Shown one piece after another: positions 37,114-47,475 of a stretch of DNA of 64,000 nt. Source of the DNA: a candidate division WOR-3 bacterium (GTDB taxonomy: Bacteria; Hydrothermota; Tepidihabitantia; B3-TA06); assembly GCA_965649265.1 (NCBI GenBank), contig CBFGKC010000001.1, forward strand, positions 268,785-332,784, in the 5' to 3' direction. Both the position numbers and the translations under genes were made by a program. The notes under the pieces were generated by a model. The model worked only from the letters and a program-made list of their open reading frames with translations, made no database searches and was not told where the DNA came from. Each line of letters starts with the position of its first letter. The stretch's first letter is position 1.

Positions 37114-40100
37114 ATGAAAAGCAATGTAAGGAGCGTCTGGCTCGGCCTTTGCCTTCTCGTGATACCCGGTCTTTTAATGGCCGGAATCACCGGCAAGGTT
37201 GCGGGAAGAGTTACAGACGATGCATCACGTCAGCCGCTTCCCGGGGTTAACGTAATAATCCAGGGAACGGATATAGGAACCGCCACAGAAGCAGACGGTT
37301 CCTTCTCCCTCGCAAACGTTCCGGTCGGAACCTACAAGGTTGAGTTTTCAATGCTTGGTTACCAGACCGTGGTCGTGAGCGGAGTGAGCGTTACAGCCGA
37401 CAAGGTGACGAGCGTGAACGCCAAACTCAAACTGGGTTCAATCGAAATGCCTATTCAGTACGTTACCGCTCAAAAGGATGCCATTACAAAAGACCCTAAC
37501 GTCGGTAAGATAACGTCCGGTAACCAGATAAGAACAACGGCTGGCATTTCGAACTACAACGACGTTGTAGCTCTTGCCGCCGGCGCCACAACGACGGGCA
37601 GCGGCAACTCGGGCGGTCTTCACATCCAGGGCGGACGAACCAACGAGATGGTCTACGTGGTTGACGGCATCAACGCCAACGACCCCGTGACCGGTCAGTC
37701 GGGTGTGTACATAGACAATACAGCCATCCAGGAGATGACGATCAACACCGGTAGCTTCAACGCCGAGTACGGCGACGCCATGTCGGGCGTGGTCAACATC
37801 GTTACCCGTGAGGGTGCCGATCGCTTCAAGGCCGGCGTCGAATACGAGACCGATGCGCACCTGAGACTCAGCGACAATCCGGTTCAGTATCCCAACCCCG
37901 ACATGTGGCACAACAAGGTTTCGCTTTCGGTTTCTGGCCCCTTCTGGGGATTAGGCGCTTCCGATTCAACCAGGTCAAGGATCAACAGCCCTTCGTTCTA
38001 CATCTCGGGAAATCTTCTCGAACACGAGGACAGGTTGGTCTTCAGCGATCAGCACCGCAAGAACGGCACGCTCAAGCTTACGTGGCGTCCTGTCACAGGC
38101 GGTCCCAAGTTCACTCTTTCCGGAAACTACTCCGACCAGTGGTATCACGCCTACGTACACGGCATGTCCAAGGGAATCTGGCTCGACGAGTTCGGACCCA
38201 GAGTCAAGAACACCAACTATCAGTTGAACCTTAAGGTCAACGGATCGATAGGCGGCAAGGACTCATCGCGCACCAAGTCTTCTCAAAGCCTTGCTTATAC
38301 GGTTAACGTGGGGACATTCAACACCCAGCGCAAGGTTTCTTACATGGACGGTGCGAACTACAACGATTTTCGCATGGTAGGAAGACAGCTGATTCCGTGG
38401 GTTGGTTGGGCTTACAACTATACCTGGTATGAATCCAATCCCGATGTTCCCGGCGATTCAATGCTGAACAGGATTTACAATCCCGACTCTATGAATTTCC
38501 ACCTTCCGGACTCCATCTTTGCATATGTCAACGGAAGCGGTGATTCGGTGTTCATCAATATCATGGATCGCTACAATAAAGTGACCTCTGATCCCGACTC
38601 GGCGGTCTGGCTCTATTACAACGAGTTCATTTCGCAGAACGGCTACTTCTACCCAGGCGACAATAACTTTAACTGGTTCTCGTGGGAGGAGCAGCTTGAG
38701 GCGTACAACGAGCGCTGGTACTCGATCAACGAGTGGCGTCCGACAATAGATGCCACCGGGGATACGGTAGGCGTCCACTACCATCTTTTCGATTTCGAGC
38801 GTTACCAGAAATACTATGATTTATGGAAGAACTGGAAAGATCCTCTTAATCCCGATGCGAAGAACCCTTACGATGACAGTCTCGAGACGTCGGGAAACAT
38901 GTACTATGTGCGCTACAACTCCGATCCCCTGTTCAATCGCTTCAGCTACTATTTTGTTCCGTACTGGGAAAGCAGATCGACAACGAAGTACATCGCCGAC
39001 GCATCCATCGACTGGGCACCTAACAAGCAGCATTGGGCCCGCTTCGGCGTCGTAGGCAATTACCATATGCTGGACTACTCGAGCATCCAGTTCGTAAACG
39101 AAAACCCCTACTCCGACAACTATCACAAAGAACCGATCATTGCTGCGGCCTATGCCCAGGATAAATTCGAACTTGAGGATCTTCTCCTGAACTTCGGCCT
39201 CCGCTTCGATTACTTTGATCCTGCGTCCGAGTACTATATTGACCCCGAGAACGTTGATCTCGGGACCGCTAAGGCTCCGGCCAAATACCAGTTGAGTCCC
39301 AGACTTTCCCTGTCGTTCTCGGTATCCGAGAAAGCGAGCATGTATGCCTCTTACGGTCATTTCTTCCAACCGGTGGAATTGGGAGAGCTTTACCAAAACC
39401 TTAACGGTGATCTCTCAACAGGTGTGCCGCTTCTTGGAAACCCCAACCTTCCTCCTCTGAAGACTATCTTCTACCAGGCCGGTTTTACACAAGCTCTTTC
39501 ACAGACTTTCTCCCTCGATCTGAAGGCATATTACAAGGATCAGGAGAACCTTCTTGCCACTCGTCAGGTGAACACGATCTACAAAGGAAAGCTTGCTTCG
39601 TACACGATCTACTCCATTGAAGATTTCGCGAAAATCAAGGGAGTGGATTTAACCGTTAACGGAGGAACCCTTAACAACGTCCTCGCCGGAACGGTCACGT
39701 ATTCCTACATGGATGCCAAGGGTACGGGTTCCTCGGGCAGAGAATTCTACTACAGATATCGCGGCACCGCTCTTAATCAGCCCAAGCACGAGTATCCTCT
39801 GGAGTTCGACGTGACCCACTCGGTTAAGGCAGGCTTGAACCTATCTTCACCGCAAGATATGGAATCGAAGATTCTCAAGAACATGAACCTCAACGTTCAG
39901 TTTAACTATGCATCAGGCCCTCCCTACTGGGCCTCAGACTCTCGCGGTAACCCTCTTCCATTGGGCAGCAAGCGCCAGCCCGGGACAAAAACCGTCAACG
40001 CCAAGCTTGAGAGGCTGTTCTTCTTGACCAAGGATCAGAAACTCAGCATGAGCGTTTACATAGACGTTCAGAACGTCTTCAACTGGGTCAATGCGAATCA

Positions 40101-40314
40101 GGTTTACAGCACCACAGGCAAGCCCGATGATCCAGGCGGCAGTCCCACCTACCAGGCGAACAACTACCGCAATTATGCCCTGTATGGTTTCAATTCCGAA
40201 GTCGAATACTGGCAGGCCGATGTTGCGGATTGGAAGAAATTCTACTCCGAAAATCCCAACATGTTTGGCGATCCGCGGATAATTAACTTCGGCCTTCGCT
40301 TTAACTTTAACTAG
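37114..40314 (+). CDS. TonB-dependent receptor with N-terminal carboxypeptidase-regulatory-like domain
   Basis: GITGKVAGRV...LPGVNVII; plug motifs LHIQGGRTNE and GSFNAEYGDAMSGVVNIVT; barrel LSPRLSLSF; C-terminal GLRFNF; SD AGGAGG. Confidence 0.9.
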   Translation: MKSNVRSVWLGLCLLVIPGLLMAGITGKVAGRVTDDASRQPLPGVNVIIQGTDIGTATEADGSFSLANVPVGTYKVEFSMLGYQTVVVSGVSVTADKVTSVNAKLKLGSIEMPIQYVTAQKDAITKDPNVGKITSGNQIRTTAGISNYNDVVALAAGATTTGSGNSGGLHIQGGRTNEMVYVVDGINANDPVTGQSGVYIDNTAIQEMTINTGSFNAEYGDAMSGVVNIVTREGADRFKAGVEYETDAHLRLSDNPVQYPNPDMWHNKVSLSVSGPFWGLGASDSTRSRINSPSFYISGNLLEHEDRLVFSDQHRKNGTLKLTWRPVTGGPKFTLSGNYSDQWYHAYVHGMSKGIWLDEFGPRVKNTNYQLNLKVNGSIGGKDSSRTKSSQSLAYTVNVGTFNTQRKVSYMDGANYNDFRMVGRQLIPWVGWAYNYTWYESNPDVPGDSMLNRIYNPDSMNFHLPDSIFAYVNGSGDSVFINIMDRYNKVTSDPDSAVWLYYNEFISQNGYFYPGDNNFNWFSWEEQLEAYNERWYSINEWRPTIDATGDTVGVHYHLFDFERYQKYYDLWKNWKDPLNPDAKNPYDDSLETSGNMYYVRYNSDPLFNRFSYYFVPYWESRSTTKYIADASIDWAPNKQHWARFGVVGNYHMLDYSSIQFVNENPYSDNYHKEPIIAAAYAQDKFELEDLLLNFGLRFDYFDPASEYYIDPENVDLGTAKAPAKYQLSPRLSLSFSVSEKASMYASYGHFFQPVELGELYQNLNGDLSTGVPLLGNPNLPPLKTIFYQAGFTQALSQTFSLDLKAYYKDQENLLATRQVNTIYKGKLASYTIYSIEDFAKIKGVDLTVNGGTLNNVLAGTVTYSYMDAKGTGSSGREFYYRYRGTALNQPKHEYPLEFDVTHSVKAGLNLSSPQDMESKILKNMNLNVQFNYASGPPYWASDSRGNPLPLGSKRQPGTKTVNAKLERLFFLTKDQKLSMSVYIDVQNVFNWVNANQVYSTTGKPDDPGGSPTYQANNYRNYALYGFNSEVEYWQADVADWKKFYSENPNMFGDPRIINFGLRFNFN

Positions 40315-40331
40315 GTCGAAGGAGGAATACA

Positions 40332-43300
40332 ATGCAAAAAAGATTGCTTACTCTGGGGCTTGCGGCTCTGGCTTTTCTCGTGGTTCCTCTCCAGGCCATG
40401 TGGAATGACCCAAGCGTAAAGCTTGCTCCCCAGATTAATACCAATAACCACTTGTTGACGACGAGAATAACGGACCAACCGGCCTTGTGGTGGAACATAT
40501 GGTGGATTGACGTCGGTGATGTATCCGACTTTTGCATCAGCAACACACTGCAAGGCGGTGTGTTTGCCAGGCATCCGTTGGACGTGCACCCTTACGAGGG
40601 TTTGTATGTAATCCCTTCAATCACCGAGGATCTGGACCGGGGATCGAATGCCGAATACCCTAAAGGATCCGGGCAATACTACAACTACGCCTGGGGTCTT
40701 TGGGTTGGAAGCATGTATCCCACAGGTAAAGGGAAAAGTCCCAATGTTTCCAAATGCGCTTACAATACCGATTTGGGCGCAATGTCCGCTCCGGAGATGC
40801 AGGACGGCGGCGGCATTGGCGACGCAAGCAGGATCGGTTTGTATTTCAGTGACCAGGTGATCCCCAAGGGGTACGGCTTCTCCGGAGAAGGCGGCAACCT
40901 GTTTGCCGATCCGGGTACTACCCCTCTGAGTTACCAGGTAAAATGGCCGTTTGCCGATTCCACCGGTATCAATCCCAAAAGACGCGCCCTGGGCATGTCA
41001 GAACTTAACCCAGACAACGGCGACGTGGTTTCCATGCAGGATACGTATGCTTGCGCCGGAGACTGGATTCCAGTTGGTGATGCCAGAGGAATCTGGATAA
41101 TGTCTACCGGGCCTTACGACGTTTGGGGCCAGGGTCTTCGTATAGAACAGAGAACCTACGCCTGGAATTACGAATACAACAATTCTGTCATCTTCATTAA
41201 CTACAAGATACGCAACATGAACGACTTTGCGCTGGATTCGGTGTACTTCTCCTTCTTTATGGATAATGATATCGGATCCGGTGGAACCAACCCCGGGGAT
41301 GACGGTTTCTGGGACGACCTTATCGGTTTCGACCAGAATCTCAACATGGGTTACACATATGACGCAAACGGTTCGGAAGCAGGCTGGGTAACACCTGCCG
41401 GTTACATCGGCGCTATCTTTCTTGAAACCCCCGAGGACATAGGCTTGACGGGCCTCGAGACATGGCAGAATGCCACCGATCAGGTGATTGACAACCTCGG
41501 CACGGACAGCATAAAGTATGTCTACATGACTTCCCAGAATTACGTGACCTGGGACAATCCTACGGATGTACGCCAGCTGATGAACTGCGGTCCGTACATG
41601 CAGCTTCTACCGAACGAAGAAGTTAATCTGACGGTTGCGGTAATTCTGGCATACTCCCTCGACGAACTCAGGGCAAAAGCCAAGATTGCCAAGATACAGT
41701 ACGACAACGGTTATTTCGGTTACACTCCTCCACCTAACCCCAAGCTTTCCATAGTTCCTGGAGACAGTACGGTCTATGTGACCTGGTCTGCAGACCCCGA
41801 AAGCTTTGTTGATCCGATGAGTAAGCAGAAGACATTCGAAGGATACAGGGTTTATAGAAGTCTCTCCGGCCTTTCGGGAACCTGGGATCTGAAGGGCGAT
41901 TACGATCTTTCTGAATCCAAGAACCCTGATACCGTTGTTGCCAAACACAGTGTAGGACCGAGCAAGGCCACTATAAAGTTTGAAAAGGTTCTCAATACAA
42001 CCGAGCTGTCAAAACTGGGATTCAGCAACAACACCTACACAATAACCTTCCAGCCTGATACCGTAGATACTTATTACATTGTGTACGACGTCGGAGAGCA
42101 GAAGGTTCTTAACTATAATGAAGCCGCTAAATCGGAAGGCGGATTCTGTGTTCTTGACAGTGTAGATGGTTTGGCCAAGCAGCTTCCTGCCGGTAAAGTC
42201 TATTACCCTTACACCTCGGGTGACGTCATTTTAATTGACGGTGCCCAGTTCGTTATCGCCGACGGCGTAAGCGGAGAGCCGGGATCGATCCTCAAACCAT
42301 GGTACGGGGATCAGTTCACCATAAAGACCTACACGGCGGAAGCCATCGGCGGCCAGGCAGGCATAAGACACTATTATCTTGATGAAGACGTCAAGAACGG
42401 GCAGATATACTATTACTCGGTAACCTCTTATTCAAGGCCTCAGCCCACAGAGAACGTAGGTTCGCTTGAGGGAGGTAAAACCGGGCAGACATACTGGGCA
42501 GTTCCCCGCAGCAACCCCTTGGGTTGGCAGGAAGCAAGCGCTGAAAAGGCAAGGCGTGTTGCCGGCAGCGGAAACGCCCTTGTGATTGACAGCGTAATAT
42601 CGCCGGACCAGGTTACCGGGCACGAGTATGAGGTCGGCTTCCGCGGCGTATACGATACGCTGATCCAGGACACCATCGTTAAGTACGCCTATTTCAAGGA
42701 TGTAACCGACAACAAGATACTTCTAGACAATTACACCGTTCGTTCCGGTACATTGAGCGGCCCTATAATTGATGGAGTGCTTGTTCAGGTTGCAGCCGTT
42801 ACCATGGACACCCTGGATCTCGAAACGCAGATGGATACTCTTAAGACGGGCTGGTTGAGCAGACCTTCAGGCACCAATCTCGACTTCAAGGTCGAATGGC
42901 CTCAATCTACAGCAGGCAAGCCGGTTCCAAGGAGCTACGATTTTATTTGTGAAGTCGTTGATAGTGCGAGAGATGCCCTTAATAGACTCTGCAAATTCAA
43001 AGTGAAACGATACGACAATAATCAAAGTGTGCCGTTTTTATGGGGAAATGAGTCCAGTCCCGAAATCAGAAGCGGTTCACAGCTAACCATCTACTATCCT
43101 ACTTTCGTTAAAGAGAACAATGCTTTCACCCTTTCCTTCATAGATACGATCATGCAAATCGATACAACCATTAACGGTGCGGACACTAATTACTATGACA
43201 CCGTAAAGATAGCCAAATATCCTAAGACCGGCGACAAGTTCCTTATCAAGGTTCTTAAACCCACTACCACAGCAGACCTGTTCCGCTTCCAGACCACTAA

Positions 43301-43640
43301 AGCCTCCATCGACGAAAATGACACGACACGCACTCTTGCCGATATCAGAGTGGTTCCCAACCCCTACTACATCAGAGCTGCCTGGGATAGAACCCAGTAT
43401 GACAGACACATTCTGTTCCAGAATCTGCCGATGAAGTGTACAATTCGATTATTCAGTTCGGCAGGGCTGCTGATTCGTACAATCAAGCATGACGGGACAG
43501 GCCTTACCGGGAAAGCGGGTTCCGAAGAGTGGAATCTGCTTACTGAGGAAGGTCTCGACTGCACGAGTGGATTGTATATATGGCAGGTTGAAACAGAGGA
43601 TGGCAGAAAAGCCCTTGGCAAATTTGCCATCGTAAGGTAA
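40332..43640 (+). CDS. Large exported protein with FN3-like region and T9SS-CTD-like C-terminus
   Basis: Signal peptide; FEGYRVYRS and NGQIYYYSVTSY; C-terminal IRVVPNPY...FQNLP..CTIRLF...WNL...SGLYIWQV...GKFAIVR. Confidence 0.75.
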   Translation: MQKRLLTLGLAALAFLVVPLQAMWNDPSVKLAPQINTNNHLLTTRITDQPALWWNIWWIDVGDVSDFCISNTLQGGVFARHPLDVHPYEGLYVIPSITEDLDRGSNAEYPKGSGQYYNYAWGLWVGSMYPTGKGKSPNVSKCAYNTDLGAMSAPEMQDGGGIGDASRIGLYFSDQVIPKGYGFSGEGGNLFADPGTTPLSYQVKWPFADSTGINPKRRALGMSELNPDNGDVVSMQDTYACAGDWIPVGDARGIWIMSTGPYDVWGQGLRIEQRTYAWNYEYNNSVIFINYKIRNMNDFALDSVYFSFFMDNDIGSGGTNPGDDGFWDDLIGFDQNLNMGYTYDANGSEAGWVTPAGYIGAIFLETPEDIGLTGLETWQNATDQVIDNLGTDSIKYVYMTSQNYVTWDNPTDVRQLMNCGPYMQLLPNEEVNLTVAVILAYSLDELRAKAKIAKIQYDNGYFGYTPPPNPKLSIVPGDSTVYVTWSADPESFVDPMSKQKTFEGYRVYRSLSGLSGTWDLKGDYDLSESKNPDTVVAKHSVGPSKATIKFEKVLNTTELSKLGFSNNTYTITFQPDTVDTYYIVYDVGEQKVLNYNEAAKSEGGFCVLDSVDGLAKQLPAGKVYYPYTSGDVILIDGAQFVIADGVSGEPGSILKPWYGDQFTIKTYTAEAIGGQAGIRHYYLDEDVKNGQIYYYSVTSYSRPQPTENVGSLEGGKTGQTYWAVPRSNPLGWQEASAEKARRVAGSGNALVIDSVISPDQVTGHEYEVGFRGVYDTLIQDTIVKYAYFKDVTDNKILLDNYTVRSGTLSGPIIDGVLVQVAAVTMDTLDLETQMDTLKTGWLSRPSGTNLDFKVEWPQSTAGKPVPRSYDFICEVVDSARDALNRLCKFKVKRYDNNQSVPFLWGNESSPEIRSGSQLTIYYPTFVKENNAFTLSFIDTIMQIDTTINGADTNYYDTVKIAKYPKTGDKFLIKVLKPTTTADLFRFQTTKASIDENDTTRTLADIRVVPNPYYIRAAWDRTQYDRHILFQNLPMKCTIRLFSSAGLLIRTIKHDGTGLTGKAGSEEWNLLTEEGLDCTSGLYIWQVETEDGRKALGKFAIVR

Positions 43641-43651
43641 TGGAGGAAACG

Positions 43652-44752
43652 ATGAAGCTAAATAAGCGACTCCTTATCGTGACTATCGTGGGGCTGGCGC
43701 TGGCAATTACGCCAATGGCGGCCCGTCTGGGAGGCGCGGGCTCGTCGGCCGCTTTCCTCTCTATGGGCGGCGGTGCGCGTCCTATAGCCATGGGCTGCGC
43801 CTACACCGCACTGGCTGAAGGACCCGACGCTCTGTTCTGGAATCCGGCAGGAATAGCCACCGCGGCGTCCCCGCAGGCTTCTTTCGGGCAGGCGATCCTT
43901 TTCGCCGGGATGCTTGAGGAAAACCTTGCCGGGGCATTCCCACTCGATCAGTCGAGCGCCCTAGGTGTCCAGGTTCTGGCTCATCTTTCGGGTCAGATAG
44001 AAATAACGACTTACGACCAACCGCAGGGAACAGGCCGGTACTACAGCGCTAACAATTACGCTGTCGGAGTCACGTACGCTCGCCAGATGACCGACAAGTT
44101 CTCCGCCGGTTTTACCGTAAAGCTGATCGATCTGACTCTGGATCAGGTATCCGCCGTGGGCATTGCCTTTGACGCCGGCGCCACTTACAGGATAGACTTC
44201 AACAATCTCAGACTCGGATTTGCGATTCAGAACTTCGGCCCCGACATGCGCTACGACGGCAGTCCTCTGGATTTCCTCACACACAAAGATACGCTTCAGA
44301 CCGATGATATCCCTTCCAGCTATCTCTCGGAACCCTTCAGGCTTCCGTTCACCTTCGCTGGCGGCGCGGCCATTGACCTGGTTGAACCCGACAGCGTCGG
44401 AAGCGGATCACGCCTGACCCTTGCCGCGGACTTCTTTCATCTTTCAGACCAGTCCGCAAAGGGTGCCCTCGGTCTTGAATACGGTCTTAACGACATGTTC
44501 TTCCTGCGCTTCGGATTCGGAATCAACACGGCTCCGGAACTTTCAAGCGATACCGCGGATTCCACTGCCCCGCCTATTGACGCAGCGACAATACTCAGAG
44601 AAGTTTTGTCAAACCGCAACGACCGCGGCCCGTCAGCCGGGCTCGGCGTTAAAATTCCTTTAGGAGATTATAAGCTGGCTGTAGACTACAGCTTCGAGTG
44701 GCACTGGTATCTTACACCCGTGCATCGTGCTTCTATTGGAATAAACTTCTAA
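43652..44752 (+). CDS. PorV/PorQ-family outer-membrane barrel
   Basis: AAFLSMGGGARPIAMGCAYTA...ALFWNPAG, IAFDAG, GFAIQNFG and C-terminal HRASIGINF; alternative start 43640. Confidence 0.82.
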   Translation: MKLNKRLLIVTIVGLALAITPMAARLGGAGSSAAFLSMGGGARPIAMGCAYTALAEGPDALFWNPAGIATAASPQASFGQAILFAGMLEENLAGAFPLDQSSALGVQVLAHLSGQIEITTYDQPQGTGRYYSANNYAVGVTYARQMTDKFSAGFTVKLIDLTLDQVSAVGIAFDAGATYRIDFNNLRLGFAIQNFGPDMRYDGSPLDFLTHKDTLQTDDIPSSYLSEPFRLPFTFAGGAAIDLVEPDSVGSGSRLTLAADFFHLSDQSAKGALGLEYGLNDMFFLRFGFGINTAPELSSDTADSTAPPIDAATILREVLSNRNDRGPSAGLGVKIPLGDYKLAVDYSFEWHWYLTPVHRASIGINF

Positions 44753-44777
44753 AGTCTCGTTTACAGAATTAACCCCC

Positions 44778-44800
44778 GGGGGGCCTTGTTAAGGCCCCCC
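44778..44800 (+). terminator. Hairpin after the TBDR operon
   Basis: GGGGGGCCTT-gtt-AAGGCCCCCC. Confidence 0.55.
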
Positions 44801-44968
44801 ATTACTTGGATCGGGAGGTCAATAAAATGAATCACGAGGATTTAAACATCTGTTGCAAGAGATTATTTCAAAGCGGCTAATGGAAACTTTTAACATTATT
44901 TTTTCGTCTTAAAAGCAAGCATCCAAGAACCGAGGGAAACCATTCCCGTCCACTGTTGATGTTAAACC

Positions 44969-46279
44969 TTGATCAGTTCTTGGTGTCTAAAAGAGCAAAA
45001 GGAGCTTAAGATCAGTAACATATTAAAACTTGGCATATGGCTTTCCGTTTTGTCCACCGGGTTGATGGCTCAGAAGATCACCCTTAAAGAAGCGATTGAG
45101 ACCGCGCTCAAGGAAAGCATATCGGCCGATCAGGCAAAACTGGAGAAGGTTCAGGGCACAGAAGCCCTGGTGGAAGGATTCGCAGGCTTTCTTCCCCGTT
45201 TATCAGCTTCCACCTCGAGCTCCTCAACATCTCTGGACAGCATCGGCTCGGGTTCATGGTCGTCCCAGGTTTCCGTGGCACAGCCCGTAGTGGATGCCAC
45301 AGCCATTATCGGTCTGGTCTCAGGAATCAACCAGAACACAATGTATCGCAAGGAGTCAGTGCAAACGCTCTCCAAGCTGGTCGTAGACGTCGAAAAGTCC
45401 TACTATGACCTTGCGAAATCGGAGGCGCTTGTTTTAAGCGCAGATAAGGCATATAAAAGGGCCGAGGAGTCGGAGAGGGTTGTGAAAAAGAGATTTGAGC
45501 TCGGCGACGCCGGCAAGGCGGAAGCGTTGCAGGCCGAGGCCGCAACCCTTTCGGCGCAGATGCAGCTCACTCTGGCGGAGGGTCAGCTCAAGGACGCAAG
45601 GACTCATCTTTCAGACCTGATGAACGGCAGATACCAGGAAAGCGCGCTCGAAGCCGAGGAGCTGGCCGAACCGGAGAAACCTGATTCGTTGCCGACCACC
45701 GTGGTTTCGAACGAATTGCTGAAAAATAATCCCGATCTTGAGGTTCTAAAATTCCAGACCCGGTCGTCGAGTATAAGTGTCTGGAATGCGTGGGCTGCGG
45801 TTTTGCCGTCGCTTTCGATATCTGCAGGCAAAACTTTCGTCCAGGACGGAGCCATTCCCGACCTCGCTCAGTGGGATGACGTTCCCACAGGTTACGGGAT
45901 TTCAATCAGCATACCGTTTATAGATATTCCTTCACGAGCGATAGCAATTAGTCGAGCACATATCACTCGAAGGCAGGCGCGTCTTGCTCAGGCATCCCAG
46001 GAGCTTACTGTAAAGGAACTTCTTTCGACTCTTCTTTACACCCAGAAAGTCTCGTATCAGAGTTTCGAGTTTGCCAAAAAGAGCGAGGACCTTGCCAGAG
46101 AGAATTACAACATTACAATCAAAAGTTATGAGCTGGGAGCTTCTTCGATAGTTGAACTCATGCAAGCCCAGGCGGATCTTGCAGAAGCGGAGCGTTCGCT
46201 TTCCGAAGCCAAGGCGAATTACTGGTCGAGCCGCGCAGATTTAAATTACGTTCTGGGCCGCTCACTGGAGGCAAGATGA
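44969..46279 (+). CDS. TolC-family outer-membrane efflux protein
   Basis: Motifs ITLKEAIETAL, KRFELG, NNPDL and SYELGASSIVELMQAQ; true start uncertain (possibly ATC 45011). Confidence 0.85.
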   Translation: MISSWCLKEQKELKISNILKLGIWLSVLSTGLMAQKITLKEAIETALKESISADQAKLEKVQGTEALVEGFAGFLPRLSASTSSSSTSLDSIGSGSWSSQVSVAQPVVDATAIIGLVSGINQNTMYRKESVQTLSKLVVDVEKSYYDLAKSEALVLSADKAYKRAEESERVVKKRFELGDAGKAEALQAEAATLSAQMQLTLAEGQLKDARTHLSDLMNGRYQESALEAEELAEPEKPDSLPTTVVSNELLKNNPDLEVLKFQTRSSSISVWNAWAAVLPSLSISAGKTFVQDGAIPDLAQWDDVPTGYGISISIPFIDIPSRAIAISRAHITRRQARLAQASQELTVKELLSTLLYTQKVSYQSFEFAKKSEDLARENYNITIKSYELGASSIVELMQAQADLAEAERSLSEAKANYWSSRADLNYVLGRSLEAR

Positions 46280-47475
46280 ACAAGAAGAGACGCCGACTGG
46301 GGCTCTGGATAGGCATTGGAGCCGGAGCAGCGGTCGTCGCGCTTATAGTAATACTCAACATCATATCCAAGGGAAACAAAGCACCCGAGGTACAAACCCA
46401 GGTTATCTCCTACTCACGGATCGTATCCACTGTTTCTGCAACCGGCGAACTGAAGGCCAAGAGCCAGGTCGACATATCTGCTGAAATGGTAGCGCGCGTT
46501 CGCAAGCTTTACGTCCAGGAAGGCGATTTCGTCAGGCAAGGGCAGCTCTTGTGCCAGCTTGACGACGATAACAGCCGTTCGAGCCTGAATTTGTCGGAGG
46601 CGCAGTTCCAGAAAGCGCTCTCGGAGTACGAAAGGGGGAAGAAGCTCTACGCCGACAGCCTCATCTCCACCGCCCAGTTCGAGAGTCTCAAGACCTCTTA
46701 CGAGGTCGCAAAGGCTCAAGTCGACCAGAGCCGCGATGCACTTTCCAAAACGAGGATCTACTCGCCCATTTCCGGCAGGATCGTCCAGCTTAACGTGAAA
46801 GAGGGGGAGACGGTCATGATGGGGACGATGAACAACGCCGGAACGGTGATGATGACTGTCGCAGATCTTTCGGAAATGCAGGCCGACGTGGATGTTGACG
46901 AGTCCGACGTCGCATCCATAAAGATAGGCGACGAGGCCATAATCACCCTTGACGCCTTCCCGGATACATCCTTCAAGGCCAGGGTCTTCTCGATAGGTTA
47001 TATGCCTACCACGACTACAACGACCACTTCGACCACGGGCGTAACCGACTTCGAGACCGTTTTGGACATAATAGATGTCGATCCACTGCAGCGTCCGGGG
47101 ATGACCGTATCCTCTCAGATTACTGCGGCGGTCCGCGACTCGGCGCTCGCCTGCCCTCTCCAGGCGGTAGGCAGGCGCGACGTTGGAGGACGCTCGGTCG
47201 AGACCGTGTTCTTGCTCGAGAACGGCAAGGCAAAGCTCGTAGAGATTGAGACTGGAATATCCGACGGCCTTTCAATTGAAATCACGAAAGGTCTTAAACC
47301 AGGTCAGAAGATAATCGCAGGTCCTTACAAGGTTCTGAGAACCCTCAAGGACGGTGAAGAGGTCAAAACCAAGAAAGAGGAACCACAATGGCAGAAAGGC
47401 CAACCAGGGGCGCAACCGCAGCAAGAGCCAGGATCAGGGCAGCAGCGGAGCGTCCGGATCCGGATCGGTCACTGA
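46276..47475 (+). CDS. MacA-like periplasmic adaptor (membrane fusion protein)
   Basis: Motifs VSATGEL, LYVQEGDFV, IYSPISG, VDESDV and RPGMT. Confidence 0.9.
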   Translation: MNKKRRRLGLWIGIGAGAAVVALIVILNIISKGNKAPEVQTQVISYSRIVSTVSATGELKAKSQVDISAEMVARVRKLYVQEGDFVRQGQLLCQLDDDNSRSSLNLSEAQFQKALSEYERGKKLYADSLISTAQFESLKTSYEVAKAQVDQSRDALSKTRIYSPISGRIVQLNVKEGETVMMGTMNNAGTVMMTVADLSEMQADVDVDESDVASIKIGDEAIITLDAFPDTSFKARVFSIGYMPTTTTTTTSTTGVTDFETVLDIIDVDPLQRPGMTVSSQITAAVRDSALACPLQAVGRRDVGGRSVETVFLLENGKAKLVEIETGISDGLSIEITKGLKPGQKIIAGPYKVLRTLKDGEEVKTKKEEPQWQKGQPGAQPQQEPGSGQQRSVRIRIGH

